A stretch of 32,033 bases of DNA from positions 1-32,033 of the forward strand of contig CBFGIV010000025.1 of assembly GCA_965648915.1 (NCBI GenBank), written 5' to 3'. This document shows positions 1-9,878 of the stretch, piece after piece (positions within the stretch are counted from its first letter, which is position 1; every line of letters starts with the position of its first letter). Under the pieces are notes generated by a model, which was given only the letters and a program-made list of their open reading frames with translations, ran no database searches and had not been told where the DNA came from. Origin of the DNA: a candidate division WOR-3 bacterium. Its GTDB lineage: Bacteria; Hydrothermota; Tepidihabitantia; SM23-42; CAYGYG01. Both the position numbers and the translations under genes were made by a program.

Positions 1-587
1 TCGTCCGCAATTAGTCATTATTGATGGCAATCAAGGCCTCCGCTTGGCGGTTGAAACGACCTGGCCGAAAATTGATGTTCAACGCTGTACCGTGCATAAA
101 CTTAAGAATCTTCTGTCCCATGCGCCTAAGCATGTGCATGAGGCGATTCGAGAAGATTATCACGCCATTATCTATGCTGATAGTTTCGAAGAGGCCAAAG
201 TCGCCCGAGAACGTTTTATTAAGCAATGGCAGAATCGTTGTGAAGGTGTGGTTAAGAGTCTTTTGGAAGCGGGTGATGAACTATTGACTTTCTTTCGCTA
301 TCCCCAGAGTCAATGGCGGAGCTTGAGAAGTACGAATATCATTGAGCGGATCTATGGTGAATTCCGGCGTCGGATAAAGACCCAGATGCCTTTTCCAACT
401 GAGAGTGCATTTTTAATAATGCTTTATGGTCTAATTGCCAGTGGTCAAATCACTTTAAGGAAGATTCCCGGCTGGCGTGATATGTCTGGAGTGATTAAGA
501 AAAAGATTGAGAAGGTGGCTTAAATGATTATAATATCGCCGTTAAGGTTGTGTTATTATGAATTTCCACGAATATCGGGACACAACC
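1..587 (+). mobile_element. IS256-family insertion sequence, 3' part (truncated by window start), including right inverted repeat at 561-587
   Basis: IS256-type transposase C-terminus followed by AATTTCCACGAATATCGGGACACAACC (561-587). Its reverse complement GGTTGTGTCCCGATATTCGTGGAAATT has the GG..GTGT...GTG.AAATT shape of IS256 ends. Confidence 0.85.
2..523 (+). CDS. IS256-family (Mutator-type DDE) transposase, 5'-partial
   Basis: Frame is open from position 2: RPQLVIIDGNQGL..., QRCTVHK (IS256 QRCxxH motif), LRSTNIIERIYGEFRRR (catalytic E region). The ORF-track start at 44 is internal. Confidence 0.93.
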   Translation, partial: RPQLVIIDGNQGLRLAVETTWPKIDVQRCTVHKLKNLLSHAPKHVHEAIREDYHAIIYADSFEEAKVARERFIKQWQNRCEGVVKSLLEAGDELLTFFRYPQSQWRSLRSTNIIERIYGEFRRRIKTQMPFPTESAFLIMLYGLIASGQITLRKIPGWRDMSGVIKKKIEKVA

Positions 588-608
588 CCTGTAAGTTAAA
601 AACTGTGA

Positions 609-3380
609 TTAAATCTTTATCGAAAAACCTAATCTCATTCGGAACGAGGGCATATAATTATCGGGTGATCTCTGCACAAAGTGTCGGGCATCCATATAGC
701 CTCGATATCTCTCTGGTCCACTGGCAATGCCATCATGGTCAAAATCACAGGCCGGGTGATAGTAACTCGAATGGATGGTAAAACTGCCGAATTGATACGG
801 ACTGAAATTGACATCTCCATTATCCCAGTCGGGTAGACCTGAAGAAGAGTAAACCGAACGAATCTGTGTGGTGTTGAATAGATTATAGATCGAACAGTAA
901 ATTCCACTGGTAAGAGGACCGATATTTATATCCTTGCTGACCTGTAAATCGGTATTTATATACCCGGGTTTGCGGGCTGAGTTAATGGCACCAATCTTTT
1001 CGCCCCTTATATTGGTCGGTGTATAGGGCTGTCCAGAATGATATGAAGTAACTGTTGAGATAACAAAATCGCGTAGAGGTAGGATATTAAAATCATTTGG
1101 AAACTGAAGGCCACAATCAACGATAAAAACATGCCTCTCATCAAAATCGAGCCAGAAGTCGATGGCCGGGATCGGAGGTTGTTCGCCGGTCACTGGATCG
1201 GGTTGAGCATTATAGTATTCAAGTACCGATTCCAGTGCCTCGGAACCAGTTCCTTTAGCATATTGAAGCGTATAGGTCAATCTCCCATACCAGTAATTGG
1301 CCAGCCTTCGATTCAAACTCACCTCAAAACCCTTAACATTTCCGTAGTCGGCATTTCGGTATTGCAGATAATTGGTGGGCACCGCTATGACTTCCCGAAC
1401 CGTCTCAAGATCATAGATGTCTTTAAAATAGAGAGCGACATCAAATGAAGTAATATCGTTAATCTGATTTTCGAAGCCCAATTCGTAGTGGATAGTCTTT
1501 TTAGATTCAAGCTCAGGATTACCAAGAATTGCACCAGATCTGACCACCCTGAGAACCGTCGATGGACTTGAGAAACTGTAATAGTAAAGAATCGGCGGGA
1601 TCTGATGGAAATGTCCGTAATTGAAGCGGAATTTTGTTCGATGCGTGACCGGAAAGGAGAAACCAAATCTGGGGGAAAAGCGATAGTCGGGCTCTGCTTC
1701 AACCCAGGAGGTGGTATCATATGGATTGACAATGCCCCGGGATTTAGAATTGAAATAGTCCAACCTCAGCCCCAGCCTGAGGATCATACCCTTCCAGTCA
1801 ATCCGGTCCTGTATATATGCAGCCAGCTGGAGCGGTGAATTTTTGTACATATCATAATAGGTATAGGCAGCCTGCGGATAACCATTGAGATAATCACCAA
1901 AGACAATATTGGTCAGCCCGGCACCGAACTTTAGTTCGTGAACCTTACCAATACTTTGCACAATATCGACCTTACCAGAATAAGTACTTGAGAAATAATA
2001 CCGGAATTGACTGAAGTCGCCGGTCCAGAATAGACCCCGGACGCCGTAAGGATTATCAACGCTGGTATTTTCTTCAGGTCGAAAATGATTCATTAGCGTA
2101 TCCGTGATCTCGGCCTGAGTGACCTCACCATCGTCAACAATAAATTGTGCCTTATATCGATAGTCCTCCCACCAGCGCCGTGGATTTTTAGGAAATCTCG
2201 GATCATCCGGATGATTCTCCTGATGTGTATCACGAGTCCCAACCCAGCGCCGGGTATCCACATAACTGGCCTTAAATGAACTGAGGATGTTGTTGGTCAA
2301 TCGATAATTCAATATCGAGTGGACCACCGACGACTTATAATTACGTGAAACATAATTGGGAAGATTGAAATGCCAGCTTGTTGCATATGAATTATACTGT
2401 TCCCGGGAATGGAAACCATTGATCGATAACTTTCCTCGATTGGGAATCGAATATGTAATATGCGCCTCGCCCCGATAGTCACATCTCGGTCGCGGCGCCT
2501 TGAAGTAACCAAAACCGTTATCCGGTCCATAGTCATCGACCTTATAGAGTTCACCCGATAAGAAGTATTTGAGACGCCGCACCAGAGGCACTGATCCGCC
2601 CAGATAGGTCTCAAAAAAGTTATACCCGTAATTCAGTTTGTCCGTCTGAAACATCTCATCAGTAGTATACTTTACCATAGTCTCAATCTTATCTTTTCCT
2701 TCTTTGCTTATGACATTGATGACGCCTGAGATAGCATCGCCGTATTCGGCCTCAAAACCACCAGACATAATTGTTACCTCCTGGACCGCCGATTTGGTCA
2801 TCAAGACCGGTTCGACCGCACCACTACCCCATGGAACAATAACTTTTGTGGGCATCCCATTTATGTAGTAAGTAATCTCATCCGGCCGACCACCCCGCAG
2901 ATGTGTCCCGGTTACATCCTTGGTTACGCCGGCAGTAAAACCGATCAACTGAGGTATCGACATAATCGGTTTACGGTCAATCTCATCGTCGGTCTGGATC
3001 CTGGTTGTTGCAACACTGGTCGGATTAACCATCGGCCTTTCTGCCTTAACCACTGTGGCCGGCAATGCGATAACCGTCTCTTTCAATTTAAAATCCTGTT
3101 TTGTCGTCTGATCCGCATTGACAATGAGATTGCTGACAACAACCTCTTCATAATTAACTGCTGTTATTCTTAAAGTATAGCGACCAGGCGGGACGTATAG
3201 AATTAGATAGGTCCCATCTCTTCCGGTAGTTGCTCCAAGATCAGTCCCTTTGATTGCCACATTAATTCCCTCAAGGGGTTCATTGGTTTTGGCATCAACA
3301 ATTCTTCCCTGAATTCGACCGTATTCACCAGCCCACAGGAACAGAAATAAGATAAAAAACGTGATTAAAAATCTCTTCAT
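609..3380 (-). CDS. TonB-dependent receptor with N-terminal carboxypeptidase-regulatory-like domain
   Basis: Signal peptide; GRIQGRIVDAKTNEPL...GTYLILYVPPGRYTL; plug motifs HLRGGRPDEITYYING and GGFEAEYGDAISGVINVISKEG; barrel motifs FSPRFGFSF, GNPELESKKTIHYELG, IYNLFN. SD AGGAGG upstream. Confidence 0.92.
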   Translation of the reverse strand: MKRFLITFFILFLFLWAGEYGRIQGRIVDAKTNEPLEGINVAIKGTDLGATTGRDGTYLILYVPPGRYTLRITAVNYEEVVVSNLIVNADQTTKQDFKLKETVIALPATVVKAERPMVNPTSVATTRIQTDDEIDRKPIMSIPQLIGFTAGVTKDVTGTHLRGGRPDEITYYINGMPTKVIVPWGSGAVEPVLMTKSAVQEVTIMSGGFEAEYGDAISGVINVISKEGKDKIETMVKYTTDEMFQTDKLNYGYNFFETYLGGSVPLVRRLKYFLSGELYKVDDYGPDNGFGYFKAPRPRCDYRGEAHITYSIPNRGKLSINGFHSREQYNSYATSWHFNLPNYVSRNYKSSVVHSILNYRLTNNILSSFKASYVDTRRWVGTRDTHQENHPDDPRFPKNPRRWWEDYRYKAQFIVDDGEVTQAEITDTLMNHFRPEENTSVDNPYGVRGLFWTGDFSQFRYYFSSTYSGKVDIVQSIGKVHELKFGAGLTNIVFGDYLNGYPQAAYTYYDMYKNSPLQLAAYIQDRIDWKGMILRLGLRLDYFNSKSRGIVNPYDTTSWVEAEPDYRFSPRFGFSFPVTHRTKFRFNYGHFHQIPPILYYYSFSSPSTVLRVVRSGAILGNPELESKKTIHYELGFENQINDITSFDVALYFKDIYDLETVREVIAVPTNYLQYRNADYGNVKGFEVSLNRRLANYWYGRLTYTLQYAKGTGSEALESVLEYYNAQPDPVTGEQPPIPAIDFWLDFDERHVFIVDCGLQFPNDFNILPLRDFVISTVTSYHSGQPYTPTNIRGEKIGAINSARKPGYINTDLQVSKDINIGPLTSGIYCSIYNLFNTTQIRSVYSSSGLPDWDNGDVNFSPYQFGSFTIHSSYYHPACDFDHDGIASGPERYRGYMDARHFVQRSPDNYMPSFRMRLGFSIKI

Positions 3381-3439
3381 CTAACACCTCCTAAGAAAAT
3401 CGATATAACACAGCGTAAATCAAATAAATTTAATTATTC

Positions 3440-3467
3440 AGTATATAAAATTTTAGTATAAAGTCAA
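3440..3467 (-). promoter_or_regulatory. sigma70-type promoter for the TBDR gene (TTGACT-N16-TATACT)
   Basis: Near-consensus hexamers about 60 nt upstream of ATG 3380, back-to-back with the EamA promoter. Confidence 0.65.
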
Positions 3468-3485
3468 GGAGGAAATTAAAAAGGG

Positions 3486-3513
3486 TTGACAGCACTAAAA
3501 AAGTGCATAATCT
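3486..3513 (+). promoter_or_regulatory. sigma70-type promoter (TTGACA-N16-TAATCT) with palindrome GCACT-AAAAA-AGTGC in the spacer
   Basis: Perfect -35 at 3486-3491; inverted repeat at 3492-3506. Confidence 0.55.
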
Positions 3514-3524
3514 ATGAATTAATT

Positions 3525-4418
3525 ATGGATAGGCAAAAACTGGCTTTTTTTTATACAATCCTGGTTGTCCTGATCTGGGCAACAGTGGCCTCAGCTTTTA
3601 AAATCTCCTTGCGCTATTTGCCTTTTAATCAACTCCTCTTCTTTGCTGCGCTTATGTCCACCCTGATATATTTTATCTTTCTCTTATTTCAAAAAAAATT
3701 GAGAATGTTGTGCACAACCACTGCGCAAGAATATTTAAAATCTGCCCTTCTCGGCTTTCTCAATCCCTTTCTTTACTATTTAGTCCTCTTTAAGGCCTAC
3801 TCCCTCCTCCCTGCCCAGGAGGCCCAGCCATTAAATCAGACCTGGGCGATTACTCTCTCGATCTTATCGATCCTGATTCTTAAGCAGAAAATCGGGATAT
3901 ACCGCCTGGGTGCAATCACCATCAGTTTCATCGGAGTTGTAATCATTGCTACTCACGGTAAGATAAAAAGCCTCCATCTGGCAAATCCGCTGGGGGTCAT
4001 CCTGGCTCTGGGAAGCGGAGTGATCTGGTCTTGCTACTGGATTTATAATATGAAAGACCGGCGCGATGAGATCATTAAATTGTTTCTTAATTTTATCTTT
4101 GGATTTTTATACATATTTATCTTCAACGCCATCTTCTCTAAAATTTATCTCCCTGCCCGATACGGTCTGCTCGGTGGGCTCTATGTCGGCACATTTGAAA
4201 TGGGGATCACCTTTATCCTCTGGTTAAAGGCATTGCAACTCTCCAGAACCACCATCCAGGTGAGTAATCTGATCTATCTTGTCCCTTTTCTGTCTCTAAT
4301 AGTAATCAATTGTGCAGTGGGCGAAAAGATTTTACCTTCAACAGTGGTCGGTTTAATTTTTATTGTTATCGGCATTGTTATACAACAGAACCTTGGATCG
4401 CGTTATGGACAAACGTAA
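3525..4418 (+). CDS. DMT/EamA-family transporter
   Basis: About 10 hydrophobic TM segments in two repeats (IWATVASAFK..., LLGFLNPFLYYLVLFKAY, GTFEMGITFILWLKAL, VGEKI). Start taken at ATG 3525 because the ORF-track TTG at 3486 is the -35 box. Confidence 0.9.
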   Translation: MDRQKLAFFYTILVVLIWATVASAFKISLRYLPFNQLLFFAALMSTLIYFIFLLFQKKLRMLCTTTAQEYLKSALLGFLNPFLYYLVLFKAYSLLPAQEAQPLNQTWAITLSILSILILKQKIGIYRLGAITISFIGVVIIATHGKIKSLHLANPLGVILALGSGVIWSCYWIYNMKDRRDEIIKLFLNFIFGFLYIFIFNAIFSKIYLPARYGLLGGLYVGTFEMGITFILWLKALQLSRTTIQVSNLIYLVPFLSLIVINCAVGEKILPSTVVGLIFIVIGIVIQQNLGSRYGQT

Positions 4419-4615
4419 AAAACTTACAATTCTCCCTATCATTCACAATCTGGTCATACTAAGCCTCAATCAAAAGATGGAGAGGGGTAATTTCAAATGA
4501 ATTGGTTTGTATGTATAATTTGAAAATTTTATCTAATTTTAAACAAAATTTTTGTCGCTCCGAGAATTTTATAAAATCATTAAATTTTTCAAAAGTTTCA
4601 GTATGTATCCGGGTA

Positions 4616-4643
4616 ATGACACCCTTATTTATTAAGTTATAAT
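4616..4643 (+). promoter_or_regulatory. sigma70-type promoter (ATGACA-N16-TATAAT) followed by SD AAGGAGG (4651-4657)
   Basis: Perfect -10 and one-mismatch -35 just upstream of ATG 4662. Confidence 0.6.
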
Positions 4644-4661
4644 ATATACTAAGGAGGCAAT

Positions 4662-6245
4662 ATGAAAATATTCATAATCGCTATAACCATACCCGTGATG
4701 ATCTTTTCCTGGTCCTTACGCCTTTCCTGGAATAAAACCCTTGATGCCCATACATTCTCTGCCACCGGGATATACGACATCGATGGGGATTCGATGCCTG
4801 AATTACTTGTGCCGGGCAATCGCACCCTTTATTGTTTAAGGTCGATCAACGGCGATACCATCTGGACCTTTACCCCTTTCAGCAACTACTTTCCTGCAGT
4901 CTCTTCCCCAATTGCAGCAGATATCGACCGGGATGGCTCAATCGAAGTAATTGTCAACTCACCAAATTATCTATACATACTGAATTCTGCAGGCCGAGCT
5001 AAATGGAGTTTTCTGCTCCCCAATCCCGGTTCAGTCCAGAACTGCATCTCATCTGCCGCACTCGGTGATATCAACCGGGATGGTAAATACGAAGTCTTTG
5101 TCTGTGCCCCATATAATAACACCCTCTACTGTCTCGAGCCCGATAGTGGTAAAGAGAGATGGCACTTCACTCCCAGTCCTGCTTCTCGTTTTATCATCTC
5201 CACACCTACAGTAGTCGACTTGAATCTTGACCACCGTTACGAGATCTTAATTGGAACCGCCGATGATGCCGGAGGAAGGCTCTTCTGCCTCAACGATAGT
5301 GGAAGGGTCCTCTGGTCTTATCAAACAACAGGCAGTGGAATTTCTGGCTGGCAAATAACCTCGGCCTGCGTTGGCGATATAAATGGCGACGATACCCTCG
5401 AGGTCTTTATGACCTCAAATTACTGGGGAATCTTCTGTGTCAACCACCGGGGTCAGGAAAGATGGGTGAGGCGTTTAAATGAACATTCATCTTCTTATCC
5501 GGCAGTTGGTGACATCGACGGCAATGGCACACTGGAAGTCATCGCCGGCTTTGGTCCTTATTTAACTGTCTTCAACGGATCGAACGGTAACACACTCTGG
5601 GCAGATACCGTCTTATCCGGCTATTATATCGTCTCCTCACCCGGTCTGGCCGACTTTAATGGCGACGGTCTTATCGAAATTGCCTATGGCGAATTAAAGC
5701 AGGGAGCACCCAATGACTCAACCCGGTTGATGTGGGTATTGAGCCATCGGGGAGTCACGATCTGGAGTGATACCGTCGGCACGACATTTTCTGATCCCAC
5801 GATTGGTGATATCGATCGCGACGGTCGTATCGAAATGACCATCGGGCCGACCTATCGGGGTTATAAGTTCTGGACTTTTGAGACCGACACCATAACTCAG
5901 ATCGGAAGGATCGAATGGCAAACACTACAACACGACATACAGCGAACCGGTCTGTATGGATTCCGGGATACTACCGTAATAGTTGCCGAACTGCCTGAGT
6001 CAAGTTTGAAGTCAGGGTTTAAAATCTGGCCCAATCCTGCCCGTCACTATGTTGAATTTCAGATCGAGAGAGGAAGAAAGCATCGGATTAAAATATTTGA
6101 TATCAGCGGGAGAGATGTCGCTGAGATTTATACCAACAATTCCGGCCGGGCAATGCTATCGACCGACGGGTTGCCGTCGGGTGTCTATTTTGCGGTGGTT
6201 GGTCAAGATATTAAAAGGCGGCAGAAACTGATTCTTGTTCAATAA
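4662..6245 (+). CDS. Secreted FG-GAP/VCBS (PQQ-like) repeat beta-propeller protein with T9SS type-A-like C-terminal sorting domain
   Basis: Signal peptide; about 8 DxDxDGxxE repeats (DIDGDSMPE, DIDRDGSIE, DINRDGKYE, DLNLDHRYE, DINGDDTLE, DIDGNGTLE, DFNGDGLIE, DIDRDGRIE); WQTLQHDIQRTG closure motif; C-terminal IWPNPAR...KIFDISGR...LPSGVYF...KLILVQ. Confidence 0.85.
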   Translation: MKIFIIAITIPVMIFSWSLRLSWNKTLDAHTFSATGIYDIDGDSMPELLVPGNRTLYCLRSINGDTIWTFTPFSNYFPAVSSPIAADIDRDGSIEVIVNSPNYLYILNSAGRAKWSFLLPNPGSVQNCISSAALGDINRDGKYEVFVCAPYNNTLYCLEPDSGKERWHFTPSPASRFIISTPTVVDLNLDHRYEILIGTADDAGGRLFCLNDSGRVLWSYQTTGSGISGWQITSACVGDINGDDTLEVFMTSNYWGIFCVNHRGQERWVRRLNEHSSSYPAVGDIDGNGTLEVIAGFGPYLTVFNGSNGNTLWADTVLSGYYIVSSPGLADFNGDGLIEIAYGELKQGAPNDSTRLMWVLSHRGVTIWSDTVGTTFSDPTIGDIDRDGRIEMTIGPTYRGYKFWTFETDTITQIGRIEWQTLQHDIQRTGLYGFRDTTVIVAELPESSLKSGFKIWPNPARHYVEFQIERGRKHRIKIFDISGRDVAEIYTNNSGRAMLSTDGLPSGVYFAVVGQDIKRRQKLILVQ

Positions 6246-6281
6246 CTGCGGTAACAGTCCGGACAGATTAAACCAACCGAT

Positions 6282-7883
6282 CTATCTCAGTAAGACTAAT
6301 TTTTTTGATGTAGTATAATCACCAGCCTTGAACCAGAGTAGATAGACACCTTCCGCCACCTTCTGGCCATGATCATCACGACCATCCCAGATAATCGGCT
6401 TCAATGGTCTATTGGTTATATTGTTAAATTGTTTAATTACCCTGCCCGAAATATTTAAAATTTTCATACTGACACGATATCTGGATTCTGGAATTTGGTA
6501 TTTAATTGTGGTGCAGTACCGTAAAGGATTAGGGAAAATTTCTAATCTGACCGGACGAAGTTCATCAACTGGGGGTGCTTCAACTTTGACATTGCCCGGA
6601 CAATTTGTCGAAAAGAAATTAAAAGTAGGTGCACCAAATATATAGACCCAACCGATGTAGGCATAGGACGATGTGTCCGGGGCGATGGAGATGCTGTAGG
6701 GAACACTGGGTGTGATGTTCGATAAAATATCGGTTACCTGAAGATTGGGCATCAACCAGGAATTACCGTTGTCCGTGGAGATTGTGTAGTAGGCATGCGT
6801 CATCGGACCAAAAGGAACACACTCTATCCAGGAGACATGTAAATTCCCTTTTTTATCAACCGCAATATGCGGTTCGTATTGATTCGCACCGATACCGGCA
6901 CGGTCATTCACCAGTATCGAGTTAGACCAGGTCACACCTCCATCCACCGATCTGCTCAAGAAGATATCTGTGTCATATTGTCCATAACGTGCCTCAGTCC
7001 AGACCACATAGAGGGTGCCATTCTGGGCCAAAGCCATTGAAGCATATCTTGCATCAACCGTATTGTCAATCGTAGCAACCGAGTTCTGCCAATTTATTCC
7101 ATTCGAGGATCGAGCGACATATACTTCACCATCCGTGCCGACCCACATAACATACCATCGACCAATAAGCGGGTCATATCGGGTATAGGGCCGGCCGAGC
7201 GTGGTATTGCTCGGGGGCAGACCGGTGATCTGACATTCACTTACCCAGGTAATCCCGCCATCGGTCGAACGCTTAACCCAGGGTGACCAGTTTTGAGGAC
7301 TGGAAGGACTTTCCATCCAGCTGGCGTACAAATTGTTAATTCCAGTTGTGATGTCGGGATTTAACCGTATATAACCGTTCGGCAGACCATCATCAACCCT
7401 TACTCTATTGGTCCAGGTAACCCCACCATCGGTCGAGCGGGAAAACTGGATCCCGCCCACATAAGGCTCTGCCCAAATAACATTAATAATGCTACGATTA
7501 TCTATTGCCATCGATGGATACATAATAATGGTGTCTGGATCATATCTGATAATCTTATTCGGCTTGAGCCAGATCCTCCCGGTATCAAGCGACTTGGTGA
7601 AACGGATGTGCCGGGGATATCCACTGGCTGGACCGGACTGCAAGAGCGCATATATCGTATTGTCTTCCAGCACATGCATAAATGGCCCACGGCAGAAGAA
7701 TAGAGTAGAATCGTCAATCTGAACTGAAGGACGAAACCTCGGCACCGTATCTGAGTAAAAAAAACTTTGTATTACACTATTTTGAACCAACATACCTGAG
7801 ATCAATTCTCCATGCGGTCCAAAAATTGGTCTTCCCTGCCCGTCGGAATAAAATCCGGAAAGTATGATCAAAAAGAGAAACAT
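6282..7883 (-). CDS. BNR/Asp-box (sialidase-like) propeller protein with FlgD-Ig/T9SS-like C-terminal domain
   Basis: Repeated Asp boxes (SLDTGRIW, STDGGVTW, STDGGITW, SVDGGVTW, STDNGNSW); C-terminal IFPNP...ISGRVIK...WDGRDDHGQKVAEGVY...KKLVLLR. SD AAGGAGGT. Catalytic sialidase activity not established. Confidence 0.82.
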   Translation of the reverse strand: MFLFLIILSGFYSDGQGRPIFGPHGELISGMLVQNSVIQSFFYSDTVPRFRPSVQIDDSTLFFCRGPFMHVLEDNTIYALLQSGPASGYPRHIRFTKSLDTGRIWLKPNKIIRYDPDTIIMYPSMAIDNRSIINVIWAEPYVGGIQFSRSTDGGVTWTNRVRVDDGLPNGYIRLNPDITTGINNLYASWMESPSSPQNWSPWVKRSTDGGITWVSECQITGLPPSNTTLGRPYTRYDPLIGRWYVMWVGTDGEVYVARSSNGINWQNSVATIDNTVDARYASMALAQNGTLYVVWTEARYGQYDTDIFLSRSVDGGVTWSNSILVNDRAGIGANQYEPHIAVDKKGNLHVSWIECVPFGPMTHAYYTISTDNGNSWLMPNLQVTDILSNITPSVPYSISIAPDTSSYAYIGWVYIFGAPTFNFFSTNCPGNVKVEAPPVDELRPVRLEIFPNPLRYCTTIKYQIPESRYRVSMKILNISGRVIKQFNNITNRPLKPIIWDGRDDHGQKVAEGVYLLWFKAGDYTTSKKLVLLR

Positions 7884-7900
7884 TCTGACCTCCTTAACTT

Positions 7901-7928
7901 ATTATAGGGATATAAACTTTGGTGTCAA
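7901..7928 (-). promoter_or_regulatory. Perfect sigma70 promoter TTGACA-N16-TATAAT for the Asp-box gene
   Basis: Reverse complement of ATTATA (7901-7906) and TGTCAA (7923-7928), in the short gap after the macB stop. Confidence 0.75.
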
Positions 7929-7934
7929 CCTAAA

Positions 7935-9878
7935 TCATTCGTGCCGCAGGGCCTCAATCGGGTCCATTATTGCGGCCTTACGCGCCGGATACAATCCAAA
8001 GAAGAGTCCAACACCAAAAGCGAAAGAAAACGCCAACAGAATTGAACCGAACCTTATAACTGTCTGCCATTCGAAAAATTGACTCATCAATTTACTCACC
8101 AGGATCCCCAGCCCGATCCCGAATGCGCCTCCGGTCAGAGAAATGATAATCGCTTCAATCAGAAACTGGAAAAGAATGTCGCGGTACTGGGCACCGATTG
8201 CTTTGCGAATACCGATCTCTTTAGTCCGTTCCGTAACTGATACGAACATAATATTCATTATACCAATCCCACCGACTATAAGACTCACAACCGCGATGCC
8301 GGCCAGCAGTAGTGTGAAGGTCCGGCTCGTCTCCTGCATCGTAGCCAGTATTTCTGACTGCGATCGGATGTGAAAATCGTCTTCCTCGCCGGTTCTTATT
8401 CGGTGCCGTTCTCTGAGCAGACGGGTAATTTCATTGCTGGCCTGTTCCATAAGATCCCGGGTCTTAGCCATCACATTGATTACCGAGACCCGATCAACGC
8501 CAAAAAGCCTTTTTTGTGCGGTCAGGAGAGGAATAAAAACTACATTATCTTCATCCCGCCAGCCCATACTCCCCTTTTCGCTCATCACCCCGATCACCTG
8601 AAAATTGGTGCGCTTGATCTTAATATACTGTCCGATCGGGTCAGTATTTCCAAAGAGGTCCTTGACCACGGTCTTACCTAAAACCGCTACCCGCCGCATC
8701 AATCGGTTGTCCTCTTCATCGAAGAATAAACCAGATGCCACTGGAAAATTTCGCACTTCCGGGAAGCTGGGCGTAACTCCACTGACCTCCGTGGTCGCAT
8801 TCCTGTTACCAAAAACCACCTGGGCGGTTCTCGAGAAAGACGCATCAACCTTAGCCACCGCCGGGCATTCATTGCTGATCGCCTTAGCATCCTCATAGGT
8901 AAGCGGACTGATTCCGAGAAACCGGGGCGGCCCCATCGAAAAAGAACCCGGTCGAACCATCAATAGATTGGCCCCCATCTGACCGATCCGTTCAGTAACC
9001 TCAATACTTGCTCCCTGTCCGAGGGCAATCATCGCAATCACCGCCGCCACTCCAATAACAATTCCCAGCATCGTCATAAAACTGCGCAGTTTATTGACGA
9101 TTATCGAAGAGATCGCCATAAGCAGGTTTTCCTTTAATTCATAAAAAGAGAAAAAACTCTTCTTTTTCAGTGGTTGTGGAGTTTGCTTTCTGGCCTTGGG
9201 TGATCCACCGGTCCTTTTATCCTCAATTACCCTACCGTCGCGCAATGTTATTGTCCTTTGTGCATACTCGGCGGTATATTTTTCATGGGTAACTATGATG
9301 ACCGTTATCCCCCGGGAATTGAGTTCAGCAAGCATCTTCATAATCTCATCCCCGGATTTCGAATCGAGATTACCGGTTGGTTCATCAGCAAGAATCATCG
9401 AAGGAGAATTTATGAGTGCCCGGGCAATAGCAACCCGCTGCTGTTCCCCACCGGACAATTCTTTGGGCCGGTGCGATCCCCTCTTCTCCAGACCAACGAC
9501 TTTGAGGGCTGATAATACCCGCTCTTTTCTCCCGTTCTGTTCACCTCCATATATCAGAGGCAATTCAATATTTGCAGTTGCATTTAATCTTGGGAGTAAG
9601 TTGAAAGACTGGAATATGAACCCGATCCGCTGATTTCTGATATAGGCGAGATCCGAATCGGTAAGTTTTTTTACATCAATGCCATCCAGGAGATATTCCC
9701 CGCTCGTCGGGCGGTCAAGACAACCAATGATATTGAGCAGAGTCGATTTACCCGAACCAGAGGGACCAATTATCGCAACGCATTCACCGTCCTCAATCGT
9801 AAAAGAGACATCGATCAAAGCCGGGACTGAAACCCGGTCAATTTTATAGACCTTGTTTATATTCTTAAGTTCAATCAC
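7935..9878 (-). CDS. macB: MacB-type ABC transporter, fused ATPase plus permease
   Basis: Walker A GPSGSGKS, signature LSGGEQQRVAIARAL, Walker B ILADEPTGNLD; MacB periplasmic domain; GGIGIMNIMFVSVTERTKEIGIRKAIGA; ends DPIEALRHE. GTG start overlaps the upstream stop (GTGA). Confidence 0.93.
   Translation of the reverse strand: MIELKNINKVYKIDRVSVPALIDVSFTIEDGECVAIIGPSGSGKSTLLNIIGCLDRPTSGEYLLDGIDVKKLTDSDLAYIRNQRIGFIFQSFNLLPRLNATANIELPLIYGGEQNGRKERVLSALKVVGLEKRGSHRPKELSGGEQQRVAIARALINSPSMILADEPTGNLDSKSGDEIMKMLAELNSRGITVIIVTHEKYTAEYAQRTITLRDGRVIEDKRTGGSPKARKQTPQPLKKKSFFSFYELKENLLMAISSIIVNKLRSFMTMLGIVIGVAAVIAMIALGQGASIEVTERIGQMGANLLMVRPGSFSMGPPRFLGISPLTYEDAKAISNECPAVAKVDASFSRTAQVVFGNRNATTEVSGVTPSFPEVRNFPVASGLFFDEEDNRLMRRVAVLGKTVVKDLFGNTDPIGQYIKIKRTNFQVIGVMSEKGSMGWRDEDNVVFIPLLTAQKRLFGVDRVSVINVMAKTRDLMEQASNEITRLLRERHRIRTGEEDDFHIRSQSEILATMQETSRTFTLLLAGIAVVSLIVGGIGIMNIMFVSVTERTKEIGIRKAIGAQYRDILFQFLIEAIIISLTGGAFGIGLGILVSKLMSQFFEWQTVIRFGSILLAFSFAFGVGLFFGLYPARKAAIMDPIEALRHE

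Noticed and set aside
524..781. 85-aa ORF right after the transposase, plus the many short antisense or alternate-frame ORFs in the track
   Set aside because: They overlap the IS end or well-supported genes and show no motifs or RBS; shadow ORFs.
3486..3524. TTG starts at 3486 (EamA) and likewise 29601 (cupin)
   Set aside because: These TTGs are the first bases of -35 boxes; downstream ATGs fit better.
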